Below, in pieces: positions 28,913 to 38,225 of a DNA stretch of 53,010 bases. Every line of letters begins with the position of its first letter. Within the stretch, counting starts at the first letter, position 1. A program made the position numbers and the translations under genes. This DNA is from a virus (taxonomy: Duplodnaviria > Caudoviricetes): the IMG/VR virus record IMGVR_UViG_3300034631_000008, positions 1 through 53,010 of that record. One strand, 5' to 3'. The notes under the pieces were generated by a model. That model was given only the letters and a program-made list of their open reading frames with translations. It was not told the DNA's origin and did no database searches.

Positions 28913-29216
28913 GCTCCGTGTCCGTCATCCCCTTCAGCTTGGTGACGTCGATCGTTGGGATGGGGCCACCTGTCGGGCCACCGTGGCGATGATCCTGCGT
29001 CGGTCTTCCCCAGCCTCGGTCGAGCACGCTGTTGGCTGCTGTGGCACGTGCTGCCGCCGGCGCAGCGGCGTCGCTCATGATCGACGTGAGAACGCCGATA
29101 GCCGTTTCGGTATGGTCCCGGGCGATCTCGGTCAGCGTGCGCTTCTGCTGAGCGTTGATTTTGGTGGACGAGCCCGGCCTGCGACCGGCGCCTGGTCGCT
29201 TTCCGCCGCGCGCCAT
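28833..29216 (-). CDS. terS: Terminase small subunit
   Basis: RGGKRPGAGR, LDRGWGRP; upstream of terL. Confidence 0.75.
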   Translation of the reverse strand: MARGGKRPGAGRRPGSSTKINAQQKRTLTEIARDHTETAIGVLTSIMSDAAAPAAARATAANSVLDRGWGRPTQDHRHGGPTGGPIPTIDVTKLKGMTDTELEALERALVQIGIVDGDPGGAGGEED

Positions 29217-29291
29217 GTTTGATTACCTTTGATTATGCGAATGGAGCTCTTTGTGAAGATCAAGGTCGAATATGACAAATCCGGTTATCAG

Positions 29292-29924
29292 ATGGGCCTC
29301 CAATTTACCGGTCTCAAACGATGCCCCCACTGCTCCATCGCTTCTCCGAACTACTGGCGAGTTTGGGCAACCACTGGCTATAGCCCCCACACAGATAATT
29401 CCGCAGACAGGTTGTGGGGCGCCTATCACTGCAGGTCTTGCGGCTCGATCATCGCCGTCAGGGGCGCCCCTTCTGAGGGGCAATCAGGATCAAGTTGGCT
29501 GAATATTGACGCGGTGTTCCCGGAGGCACCTGTCGCCCACGATGATCTGCCGGACGCAGCACGCCGCTTCTTGCAACAGGCGTATGAGACTCTTCATGCA
29601 CCCGACGCCGCCGCCATGATCGCAGGGAGCGCTGTCGACGCAATGCTGAAGGCCAAAGGTTACGCAGACGGAAGTCTGTATTCACGTATTGATTTGGCTC
29701 TGAAGGACAACGTGCTGACTCAGGGGATGGCGGACTGGGCCCACTCAGTAAGACTGGGTTCGAACAGACCGCGGCATGCTGATAAGGATAGCCCCCACGT
29801 TCTCGAGGAAGAGGCACGACAATCGGTCGATTTCGCGGAAGCTTTGGGGAACTTTCTATTCGTTCTCACGGCTCGGATCGAACGTGGCATCGTTGCTGCG
29901 ACGACCAAATCGCCGGAAGCCTAG
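29292..29924 (+). CDS. DUF4145 (HEPN-like) protein with zinc ribbon (moron)
   Basis: CPHC...CRSC, LYSRID, R..SN...H. Confidence 0.8.
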   Translation: MGLQFTGLKRCPHCSIASPNYWRVWATTGYSPHTDNSADRLWGAYHCRSCGSIIAVRGAPSEGQSGSSWLNIDAVFPEAPVAHDDLPDAARRFLQQAYETLHAPDAAAMIAGSAVDAMLKAKGYADGSLYSRIDLALKDNVLTQGMADWAHSVRLGSNRPRHADKDSPHVLEEEARQSVDFAEALGNFLFVLTARIERGIVAATTKSPEA

Positions 29925-30062
29925 TCGGCCGTCCAGCTTTTGCGGGTTCGCGACCAGATGGCGCCCCACACTCGGGATCGCCTTCACCACGCCCTTGATG
30001 CCGGCCTTGGCGCGGGCCTCGGCAAGGATGCGGCGGCGCTCGGCGCAGGATTTGCAGGACAC
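29856..30062 (-). CDS. Small CxxC protein
   Basis: SCKSCAERRR, GAGG RBS; 3' end overlaps DUF4145 gene. Confidence 0.4.
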   Translation of the reverse strand: MSCKSCAERRRILAEARAKAGIKGVVKAIPSVGRHLVANPQKLDGRLGFRRFGRRSNDATFDPSRENE

Positions 30063-30130
30063 CGTAGATACCTCGACATCCAACTCGCGAGATGATTCAG
30101 TGAGCGCCGACGCCGGCTAGGAGAACGTCA

Positions 30131-30340
30131 ATGACCGAGAAGCCAACAAAGGTCCGCCAAGTCCGAAACGAGGGGACAGCGGACGAAGCAGTCACCTTCA
30201 CCGTCCTGCACAATGGCGGGGTCGCGGGACGCGGAATGTCTGAGGCCGAGGCAGACGCTCTGATCGCGGAGATCGAAGAGGTCGAAAACTCGCCCTACCC
30301 TGCCGACAATATGTCTGATGCCTTCCCGAACTTGAGATAG
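30131..30340 (+). CDS. Hypothetical protein (antisense moron)
   Basis: AGGAG RBS, acidic protein-like composition. Confidence 0.6.
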   Translation: MTEKPTKVRQVRNEGTADEAVTFTVLHNGGVAGRGMSEAEADALIAEIEEVENSPYPADNMSDAFPNLR

Positions 30341-30524
30341 TGAATATCCCGCCGGTTACCTGAAGCCGCTGATCCGCTCCGCCACATCGACCAGATCGAC
30401 GCCGGCCATGCGCGCGTACCGCTGCAGCCCCAGCACTGCGCTTTCCTCCGCCTGCCAGTGCGACCAGTAACACCGACCCGTCGCTATCCTACAGGGCTTG
30501 CCTGCATGGATGTTCAGGAGCGTG

Positions 30525-30830
30525 CCGGCACATCCCCGGCTTATTGACCCCGCCCCGTTAGTCGCCTTCCGCAATGTTTCAGCGGATGTCGTTGGCCGGT
30601 GGGTCGTCTCTCGCCCGCGTTCGCCCGTCAGTGGTTTCGGACCCGTACGCTCCTGACTGGTGGCGGCGCCCGTCCAGGCCGGGACTTGATTATCCCGGCG
30701 GGGCGTCGCCCATTCCGAGACCGCCATATCGAAGGGAGTGGAACCGCTCAGCGTTGCATGCAGCGCCTTTCGGCATCGCCACCATACGGTGACCACCGCC
30801 GCTCCCTACTCGTGCGAGGGCTGCCCCTCG
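30525..30830 (-). ncRNA. Candidate structured RNA downstream of late regulator
   Basis: Dense hairpins incl. GCC-GAAA-GGC, CGAGGG/CCCTCG, GCCGGGA/TCCCGGC. Confidence 0.45.
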
Positions 30831-30837
30831 AATTCTG

Positions 30838-31503
30838 TCACCCCGCCTTGCGCTCAGCCATCCGCCGTCGGCGCTCGTTCTGATCGTCGGCCCAAGTCGT
30901 GTCTCGATTGTCGGGATCGTTCGCGGGGATGGCGTCTGCCGCGTGCCATGATCCGATACCGTCGCTGGCCTCGAATGACGGCTTCGGCGCACCGTTCCCC
31001 ATCTTGCCAACGTCCATACCCGAAACCTGGGCGAGTGTGGACACCCTATTCCAATCAGGGGCTTGCAACGATTTTCCGTTTTTTCGGATTAACGCGGCAA
31101 CGATAGAGAATGCCGACAGGAGCCGCCGATCCGCCGTCCTACGCACGCGGCCGGTTTCCTTGCACCAGCGGGCGAAGGAGCCATAGCGCTTCGGGTTCGC
31201 CATGCTCGCGGACCATGCCAGGATCAGCTTACGATGCTCCAGATCGGGGATGAAGTCGATCAGCCAGCCGTGCATGACCTCGTCGGCACGGGAAATGGCG
31301 ACAGAGCTCGGCCGCCAGACGTTCGGGATCGGATCGTCCTCGCTACCGTCGGATTGCGTGGCCGGCCAGCAGGAGACGACTGCCGGCGGCCGGGTGAGCC
31401 GGGAACTGACATGCGCGTCGGTATCGATCGCCTCGACGAAGCGGGCCTTTACCACGATCATCATGTCGGCGATGACGGCCGCGTCTTCGGAAATGTCTCT
31501 CAT
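30838..31503 (-). CDS. Putative late transcription regulator (DUF6362-like)
   Basis: ARFVEA..T, RPS..AISRADEV..W; Q-gene position. Confidence 0.65.
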   Translation of the reverse strand: MRDISEDAAVIADMMIVVKARFVEAIDTDAHVSSRLTRPPAVVSCWPATQSDGSEDDPIPNVWRPSSVAISRADEVMHGWLIDFIPDLEHRKLILAWSASMANPKRYGSFARWCKETGRVRRTADRRLLSAFSIVAALIRKNGKSLQAPDWNRVSTLAQVSGMDVGKMGNGAPKPSFEASDGIGSWHAADAIPANDPDNRDTTWADDQNERRRRMAERKAG

Positions 31504-31703
31504 GCTTTGCCCTCATTCCAGAGCCTGACGAGAGCCACGCCCTTGGCGGATGCCTGCCATCGCCGCGGCTTGCCTACGTAGGCGATGAACCCATGTCGGC
31601 GGAGCGCCTGCTTTGCCCTGTCCTCCGCTCTGTCGGATGACCTGATGTCGATGCCCGCCACACAGTTGCGGAGTACCTTCTTCTCCATGTCGCCGAAGAT
31701 CAT
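31500..31703 (-). CDS. Small hypothetical protein
   Basis: ATGA overlaps at both ends. Confidence 0.6.
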   Translation of the reverse strand: MIFGDMEKKVLRNCVAGIDIRSSDRAEDRAKQALRRHGFIAYVGKPRRWQASAKGVALVRLWNEGKA

Positions 31704-32140
31704 GCCGCTTCCTCTCCGAATAGATCGCCATCCACGGCCGTATCGAGCCGCTGGCGCAGTTCCATGAACAGGAAGGCCCGGAGCGTCTTCCGGACCTCCC
31801 ATGGCCGCAGGCGGGTTGCCTGGAGCCGCATTGCCCGAAGGTCGATCTTGTCGAACGCGTCGAGGAGTTCCCCGCCCCTCTCCACCCAGCGCGGCCGCTG
31901 CTCAAGCACGTCGCTCACGGCGCCGATCGTTTCGCTCCAGAGTTCGTCGCGATTGCCGCTGGTCTGCCGGATGCAGCGGAGCGTCAACAGCAGATGCCCA
32001 TCGCCCATCCTGTTGCGCACTTCGTGGAGCGTGGCGCGTGCGTGCGTCTCGGCGGGGCCCCGGCGGCGGAAGACCGGGCGGACCCGAATGCCAACCCCAT
32101 CAAGCAGCGCGTCGAGGGCTCCCTTGGGGCGCGAGGTCAT
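31700..32140 (-). CDS. Hypothetical phage protein
   Basis: ATGA overlaps; protein-like. Confidence 0.7.
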   Translation of the reverse strand: MTSRPKGALDALLDGVGIRVRPVFRRRGPAETHARATLHEVRNRMGDGHLLLTLRCIRQTSGNRDELWSETIGAVSDVLEQRPRWVERGGELLDAFDKIDLRAMRLQATRLRPWEVRKTLRAFLFMELRQRLDTAVDGDLFGEEAA

Positions 32141-32499
32141 GCGCGCCTCCGCTTCGTCTCGACGGTGACCGGCTTCCGACCGGCCTTGTGCATGGTGAAG
32201 GTCTCGGATTGCAGCCGGCGCGATTCCTCGGCGCGGCGATCCTTGAATGCCGCGATCTCGGCCTTGATGCCGGCGGCGAGCGGATCCTCGGCAGCAGCAA
32301 ACCCGACCACGTCCGGCTCCCGCTTGCGGATCATGGTCATCGCCGCCGCCATTGCCTCCTGGAAGGTCGGGAAGATCACCACCCGGCCCTTGTCCTTGAT
32401 GAATCGCGGGTGCTTGTTGCCCTGGTTGGCGTATTCGGCCGCGTAGCCGCGCCCCCATGCGGTCGCCCATGCGTGGGTCTTTCCGGGTTCGTACCGCAT
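32137..32499 (-). CDS. Hypothetical protein
   Basis: Coupled to helicase stop. Confidence 0.65.
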   Translation of the reverse strand: MRYEPGKTHAWATAWGRGYAAEYANQGNKHPRFIKDKGRVVIFPTFQEAMAAAMTMIRKREPDVVGFAAAEDPLAAGIKAEIAAFKDRRAEESRRLQSETFTMHKAGRKPVTVETKRRRA

Positions 32500-34019
32500 C
32501 AGAACAGCTCCGGCGCGGCACGGCGGTCGCTCACATACTTGGTCGAGGGCCCGACGAACCGGACGAACTCGCGGACGCCCGAATTGCCGTATCGCACCTT
32601 CACGGCCCCGATCTCGGCCATGCCCTCGGGATCGCGCGGCTCGTCGTTGAAGCCCCGGCGAAGCATGAACCGCTTGCGGATAGCCTCGGCATCCTTCTCG
32701 TCGCGAGCGACCGACAGTTGCTCGTCACGCCACCGCTCAGGCCGGTAGATCGACAGGATGGCGTCGTAGTCCTCGCGAGCTTGCTCCCCGCCGAAGAGGT
32801 CCGCCGCGATCGGGCGCGGCACATACCGATCGGCGCCCTTCGAATTCCTCTGATTGAGAAACAGCACCGCCCCGCCGATGTCCTCGGCAAGCGCCTTCCC
32901 GGCCGAATTGACCGCGCCGGCTATCCTGCCCTCGTGGGCCCGCGGATCCTCCGGGGTGACGCGCCGGTTGTGGTCGAGGATGAACAGCGGCGTCGGCATC
33001 ACGATCCCGCGCGCCTGATACTTCTTCCGCTCGGTCGCTGCCCACCGCCGGACCAGCGCCGTAATGACGCCGATCTTCGCGTTGGCGAGCTTCCTGCCGA
33101 CGATCGGAAGCTTCTTCAGATCGTCCTTCGCCTTCGCGATCATGTCGACCTCGGCGCGGCTCAACGTCTCCCGCTCGCCGGCCTTGTTCCGGCGCATCTG
33201 GCTGACCGAGATGCCGGTGGCCTGGCTGACCATCTGCATTCCGATCTGCCCCTCGCTCTGGTCGAAGGAGATGATCATCGTCGGATGGCCGGCATCCACG
33301 GCCGCGCGGGCGATCTGCAGCATCAGCGACGTCTTGCCCTCACCCGAGGATCCGAGCAGCGCATAGAGGTTGCCGGGCTGAAAACCGTCTTCCTGGAGCA
33401 CGTCGCCGATCTCCGGCAGCGGGAACGGGATGGATCCTGCCGACGATGCCCGCGGACTCATGATGGAGGTGAACATCGTATCCAGCGCATCGCCGAACGT
33501 CGCGGACCCGGCATCCAGCCCGCCCGATCGGCGCAGCGACGAAAGCTGTTCCTCGGCCGTCTCGATCAGGCTGACCGGATCAGCATCGAGGCGCGCATCG
33601 TAGGCGTCGTTGACCAGGTCCTCGCCGACGCGGATCAGATTGCGTCGGATAGCGAGGTCATAGATCGCCCGGCCGTAGTCACCCGCGTTGATGATCGTCG
33701 TCGCCTCGGCAGCCAGCCGCGCGAGATACTGCGCCACTGTCAGTTCGCCGACCTTGTCGTGCTCCTTCATGAAGGTCTTGAGGGTGACCGGGTTCGCCAC
33801 CTTGTTCGACCGGATCATCTCGGCCGCGGTGGCGAAGATGTCCCGGTGCAGCGGCTCGTAGAAGTGATCCGGCTGCAGGAACTCGGCGACCGCGAAGAAC
33901 GCCTCGTTGTTGACGAGCAGCGCTCCGATCAAGCTTTGTTCTGCCTCAAGATTATTCGGCCTCTCCCGGTAGAACGGATCGGCTTCGCCATATGCTGCTG
34001 CTGGAGCCTGCGCGTTCAT
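32499..34019 (-). CDS. dnaB: DnaB-like replicative helicase (divergent)
   Basis: EAEQSLIGALL..N...FYEPLH; Walker A GSSGEGKT; RP...DL; K.R finger. Confidence 0.88.
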   Translation of the reverse strand: MNAQAPAAAYGEADPFYRERPNNLEAEQSLIGALLVNNEAFFAVAEFLQPDHFYEPLHRDIFATAAEMIRSNKVANPVTLKTFMKEHDKVGELTVAQYLARLAAEATTIINAGDYGRAIYDLAIRRNLIRVGEDLVNDAYDARLDADPVSLIETAEEQLSSLRRSGGLDAGSATFGDALDTMFTSIMSPRASSAGSIPFPLPEIGDVLQEDGFQPGNLYALLGSSGEGKTSLMLQIARAAVDAGHPTMIISFDQSEGQIGMQMVSQATGISVSQMRRNKAGERETLSRAEVDMIAKAKDDLKKLPIVGRKLANAKIGVITALVRRWAATERKKYQARGIVMPTPLFILDHNRRVTPEDPRAHEGRIAGAVNSAGKALAEDIGGAVLFLNQRNSKGADRYVPRPIAADLFGGEQAREDYDAILSIYRPERWRDEQLSVARDEKDAEAIRKRFMLRRGFNDEPRDPEGMAEIGAVKVRYGNSGVREFVRFVGPSTKYVSDRRAAPELF

Positions 34020-35326
34020 GCGGCGGTCTCAGTAGGCTTGAGCAGCCGGACGGTGATGTGCCCCTTGAGCCCGGCGACGGTCTCGATCTGGCCGCGGCGC
34101 GTCAGTTCCTCCAGCGCCTCATCGATCCGGTACTCCGTCACGTCGAACCGCTTCACCAGCCCTTCCCGGCCGAACATCGCCCGGTCGTCGCCCGCATTCG
34201 CCGCGGCCTGAGCGAACAGGTCCATCAGCTTGTCGGCGAGCGCAGCGATGGCCTGGGGCTGCAGCGGCTTGGGCGGCTCGCTGACGCGCGGGATGGGCTT
34301 GCGGGCCGCAACCTTCGCTGGCCCTGCCTTCTGCTCGCCCAGAGGCGGAAATGAGCTTCCACGCTGCGACACGCGATAGGTGCCCTGGCTGACGTGAACG
34401 ATCCGGCGCGCCCGCAGCAATCGACTGATGGAGGCGCCGACGACGTCCTTGTCGAGGTCCGCGATCTCGCACAGGCCGTGGGGCTTGATCCCGCAGACGC
34501 CGTGCCGGTCGAGGTTCATGCGCATCACGTCGAGCAGACGCTGATCGTAGACCGTCATGCCATCAGCCTCCGGCACTGGGTCGTGGCGCGGGACCAGTCG
34601 CTCCGGCTCCTGAGCATGGACAGGCTCGGGCTCTGCCGCAGGCGCGTTCTGCAACAACTCGAGGTCGGATTGGATCAGGAGGACGAGCCCGGAGAGATAT
34701 TCCACCGGCACATCGCTGAGCGACTTTGGTTTGCCGGGGACGGTGGCCAGCGCCGACTTCATCATGTCGGTCTTGTCGTTCCGATCGCCGATGAGCTTCA
34801 TGATCTCCCGGCGCGCGGCCTCGTGCTTGTCTTCGGCATCCGCTTCCTCGCCAGCCGCTCCGCCCGGTCCTGCTCCGCCACCGCCCTCAGCACCCACCGG
34901 GGCATCGGATGGGAGATCATCGCCATCGGGCCCGGCAGTCTCGGCCACAGCGCTATCATCGTGAATTGGATCGTCGCGCGCCGGTAATTCGTCTGCCGCC
35001 GCGACAGCAGCGGCTCCCGCGACGGGCTCAGCATCTCCGGCGACAGCGCCAGCGGCCGGCTCATCCACCGGGGCCGGCGCGGGAGCGGGTTCGGCTTCAA
35101 CCGTCGCGGTGATCCCGATCGTGAGCCCGGACGGGGCCTGGAGCAGGAACTCGCGAAGCCCGCGGACTCGCGTCGACGCCCGTTCGCAGAAGATAGCGAC
35201 GCCCTGGTTGATCTGCGCTTCGTCTTCATGGCGTGCTTTCTCCGCGAGATGTCGGTTGGCTTCCCTCGTCGCGGCGTCAGCGCGGGCTTCTAGGAAGGTC
35301 TCGAGGTGCATCAGGTCCATGTTCAT
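34016..35326 (-). CDS. Multi-domain protein with C-terminal winged-helix-like segments
   Basis: ATGA overlaps; acidic linker; HTH-like segments; upstream of helicase. Confidence 0.6.
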   Translation of the reverse strand: MNMDLMHLETFLEARADAATREANRHLAEKARHEDEAQINQGVAIFCERASTRVRGLREFLLQAPSGLTIGITATVEAEPAPAPAPVDEPAAGAVAGDAEPVAGAAAVAAADELPARDDPIHDDSAVAETAGPDGDDLPSDAPVGAEGGGGAGPGGAAGEEADAEDKHEAARREIMKLIGDRNDKTDMMKSALATVPGKPKSLSDVPVEYLSGLVLLIQSDLELLQNAPAAEPEPVHAQEPERLVPRHDPVPEADGMTVYDQRLLDVMRMNLDRHGVCGIKPHGLCEIADLDKDVVGASISRLLRARRIVHVSQGTYRVSQRGSSFPPLGEQKAGPAKVAARKPIPRVSEPPKPLQPQAIAALADKLMDLFAQAAANAGDDRAMFGREGLVKRFDVTEYRIDEALEELTRRGQIETVAGLKGHITVRLLKPTETAA

Positions 35327-35934
35327 GCCGCAGTCCTTTCCTGCTGAGCGTCGTGGCAAAATTTCTTGAAGGCCGGAGTTCCGGATGCTGCGAACGCAAT
35401 GCCGACGGCCTCGGCCGCGTCGTGGTTCGGGACCGGGATTTTCAGCTGCGCGCACATGGCGACGGCGGCGCCCTTCCAGTCGGGCTTCTGGACGATCTTG
35501 CCGCGCTCCTTCACCGCGTTCATCGGCGGCTTGAAGCCCTTGCCGTAGAAGAGCGGGCGCCAGGAATTCACGGCGATGACGATGCGTGGAATGCCCTTGG
35601 CGCCGGCTGCGCAGGCGAGCGCGGAAACCATCTGGTTCGATGAGATCACCGCGTTGACGCCGGAGCCGCCCTCAACCTCTTGGGCCTCGCCCATGAAGGT
35701 CTGGACACGCTTTCCGCCCGGCTGTGCGCGGAGCGGCATTTCGATGGCGACGAAGTCCGGGCGCTGCTCTCGCATCATGACGAGGAGCTTGCGGTGGAGG
35801 TCGATCGCTTTCTCTTCGTAGCTCTCGCCAGTTGCGCGGATCAGCCCGGCCCGTATCGATGCGAGCGACCGCTGGGTGTCGTAGTAAGCAAAGCCAGTGC
35901 ACTGGGCGCCGTCGAGGCCGAGGATGATGGTCAT
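35323..35934 (-). CDS. RuvC-like Holliday junction resolvase
   Basis: ILGLD....TGFA, PDFVAIE, W-R, NHDAAEA. Confidence 0.8.
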   Translation of the reverse strand: MTIILGLDGAQCTGFAYYDTQRSLASIRAGLIRATGESYEEKAIDLHRKLLVMMREQRPDFVAIEMPLRAQPGGKRVQTFMGEAQEVEGGSGVNAVISSNQMVSALACAAGAKGIPRIVIAVNSWRPLFYGKGFKPPMNAVKERGKIVQKPDWKGAAVAMCAQLKIPVPNHDAAEAVGIAFAASGTPAFKKFCHDAQQERTAA

Positions 35935-37187
35935 GCTGCGCTTCCGAAGAGAGGACCGTGGTCAGGGTCGGTACCGGCTCGGCCAGCCTTGACGGCGGCA
36001 ATGGCGCGCTTGCGCTCCTCAGGCCCGGCGATTGCCATCTTCATGCGGCGCCGGATGTCCCCGGCATATTCCGCCTCGCGTTCGATCAGGATCGCGTCGA
36101 ATCCCTCGCGCCACGCAGCCTCAGCGGTCGTGCCGGTGCCTGCGAACGGGTCGAGGATCGTGCCGCCCTTCGGCGTGATCAGCCGGCAGAGGTATTGGAT
36201 GAGGTCGATCGGCTTGACTGTCGGGTGCTTGGACCCGATGCGGTCGTCAGCATCAGCCTTGGCCGCATAGAAGAACCGGGCTGCCGAGCCGCTGCCGCCG
36301 CCGTAACCGCCGCGTTCTGTCGCTACGAACTTGCCGCGCGCAACGCTATCGGCACCACTACAGCGAATGACCCCGCCGCTGTTGCCGTCGCTGTCTGGGA
36401 ATGCCGCCTCGACATCCTCGCTGCCGTCATGAAGGAGATTGGCCGGCCAGCGCCCATCGGGCGATCCGCCGCGCGGCCCCGGCTTCGCTGCGAAGTTCGT
36501 GCTGCCCGCGTCCTGGTACCTGCGCTCAGCGCTGGCCTCGCCTTCCCGATAGTGCGACCACAGCTTGCTGGCGCCTTCGCGCAGGCTTTCGTCGGTACCC
36601 ACGCGGCAGGCGTCGATGTTCACGGCGCCGGTTCCCCAGCGCAGGATGTTCGCGGTACCCGTCTCTTCGCTGAACGGCTTCTGGCCCATGTAGATCGGCT
36701 CGAGCGCCGGCTTGAGCGCTTGGCCGCCGTAGCGCTGGCCCTCGAACCCTTCCGCCTTGATGCGGGTCGCCTTTGGAAAGCCGCTGCCGAAGATCCAGCC
36801 GATCATCGGATGGGTAATGAAGCCGGCATCCTCGATCGCCACTGACATGCGGCCGAACCCGCGGGTGGACGCGAACGCGAGGATGTAGCCGCCGGGCTTG
36901 AGCACCCGCAGGACCGCCGCCCATGTCTCGACACGGAAGGCGACATCGCCACCGTCCCATGCCTTTCCCATGAAGCCTGCGGCGGAGCGCTTGTAGACGC
37001 CTGTGGGACCGTCCGCCTTCGTCGGCGTAGCGCCCTCCCCGCCGAACCGCTTGACGATGCTCGTCAGGTGGTAGGGCGGATCGCAGACGACGGAGTCCAC
37101 GCTGTTCTCAGGCATCGCCGCCAGCACGTTGAGGCAGTCGCCGACATGCAGCGTCACCCGTCCGTCGAGGAAGGCTTCCGCCGTCAT
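35931..37187 (-). CDS. N6A/N4C DNA methyltransferase (beta class), orphan
   Basis: DPPY before HPTVKP and DPFAGTGT. Confidence 0.93.
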   Translation of the reverse strand: MTAEAFLDGRVTLHVGDCLNVLAAMPENSVDSVVCDPPYHLTSIVKRFGGEGATPTKADGPTGVYKRSAAGFMGKAWDGGDVAFRVETWAAVLRVLKPGGYILAFASTRGFGRMSVAIEDAGFITHPMIGWIFGSGFPKATRIKAEGFEGQRYGGQALKPALEPIYMGQKPFSEETGTANILRWGTGAVNIDACRVGTDESLREGASKLWSHYREGEASAERRYQDAGSTNFAAKPGPRGGSPDGRWPANLLHDGSEDVEAAFPDSDGNSGGVIRCSGADSVARGKFVATERGGYGGGSGSAARFFYAAKADADDRIGSKHPTVKPIDLIQYLCRLITPKGGTILDPFAGTGTTAEAAWREGFDAILIEREAEYAGDIRRRMKMAIAGPEERKRAIAAVKAGRAGTDPDHGPLFGSAA

Positions 37188-37654
37188 GCCGCCACCCTCG
37201 CCGGCTGCACCAGCCCCATGATCTCGCCGGCTTCACGCGGCCGGAACTTCTTGATGTCGACGAGGAAGCGATATTCCGCCTGCATCTCGGCAGGGACGCG
37301 GAACCCCCGGAGCCGCGCATAGTGCTCGGAAATCTTCTCCCGCCGCACGACGTTCGCCGCAGCCGTTCTGATGCCGGCCAGCATTCTCTCCCGGCACTCG
37401 GGATCCTGCCACCGACGCTTGGAGTGCTCCGATATCTTCGCGCCGAACCCGCGCGGGCGCTTCTTTCCCTTCAGCCGCTCGCTGCGGATAAGGGCGGAGC
37501 GCCCATGCCCGGTCCAGCCATACTTGTACGCCGTGCACTTGGCAGCGTTCGGGGTGCAGCCGAGCCGCGCACCGATCTCCTCATAGGAGAGGTGATAGTT
37601 CATCAGCCGCCGGAGCTCGGCGAGACGCTCGTCGGTCCATGATGTCCGCGCCAT
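37184..37654 (-). CDS. GcrA-like HTH protein
   Basis: WTDERL..LRRL...SY.EIG.RLG.T.NA; KISE repeats. Confidence 0.65.
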   Translation of the reverse strand: MARTSWTDERLAELRRLMNYHLSYEEIGARLGCTPNAAKCTAYKYGWTGHGRSALIRSERLKGKKRPRGFGAKISEHSKRRWQDPECRERMLAGIRTAAANVVRREKISEHYARLRGFRVPAEMQAEYRFLVDIKKFRPREAGEIMGLVQPARVAA

Positions 37655-38223
37655 CACGCGGCGTCCTTCTCATCGTCGAGGTCTTCGTCGTCGCTGCCCT
37701 TGATGAGCTCTGCGGCGGCGTTGCGCTTCTCCATCGCCGACTGGAGCGCAGCCTGGAGCTTCTTCTGCTCCTTCTGCCATTCCTCCGCCCATGCGCGGCC
37801 CGACGCGGAATCCTCGTCGTAGGGATTGGAACCGACGCCGGACGCACCGGCCGCCCGCCCCTGCCGGCGCGCGAGGTCTTCGCTCGGCTCGCGGCTGAAG
37901 TCGCCGAACATGTCGGGCTGATACTCGACCGGGAGCGCGAACCACGATGCGATCTCGACCCGGCGCTTCAGTTCTGCCGGGATGATGCTGGGGTCTTCGA
38001 CGTCCGCGCACTTCATCATGAAGTCGATATCGGCGAGGACGATGCTGTCCGCCTTCGCGTCCTTGCGGAGCTTCTTGTAGATCTCCGCCTCCGCATCGAC
38101 CCGCGCCTTCTGCGCGCTGATCTTGCGGAAGTGATCCATCATCACCGCCTTGAGCTCGGCAGTGTCCTGCTCGGCGTTGTGACCGATGCCGGGTGCGTCG
38201 TTATTCGCTTGCGTCTTGGCCAT
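37654..38223 (-). CDS. Hypothetical protein (GapR/DUF2312-like N-terminus, NPY..W C-terminus)
   Basis: GIGHN, K.AKAD, QPDMF, G..AG...NPY....RAW...W. Confidence 0.65.
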   Translation of the reverse strand: MAKTQANNDAPGIGHNAEQDTAELKAVMMDHFRKISAQKARVDAEAEIYKKLRKDAKADSIVLADIDFMMKCADVEDPSIIPAELKRRVEIASWFALPVEYQPDMFGDFSREPSEDLARRQGRAAGASGVGSNPYDEDSASGRAWAEEWQKEQKKLQAALQSAMEKRNAAAELIKGSDDEDLDDEKDAA

Positions 38224-38225
38224 GG

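Noticed and set aside
30356-30796. 146-aa minus-strand ORF or phage tRNAs
   Set aside because: Weak start, overlaps structured region; no cloverleaf or T-loop; the 3' ~55 codons may still be coding
35931-37187. Restriction-modification system
   Set aside because: No cognate endonuclease; neighbour is RuvC-like; orphan phage MTase
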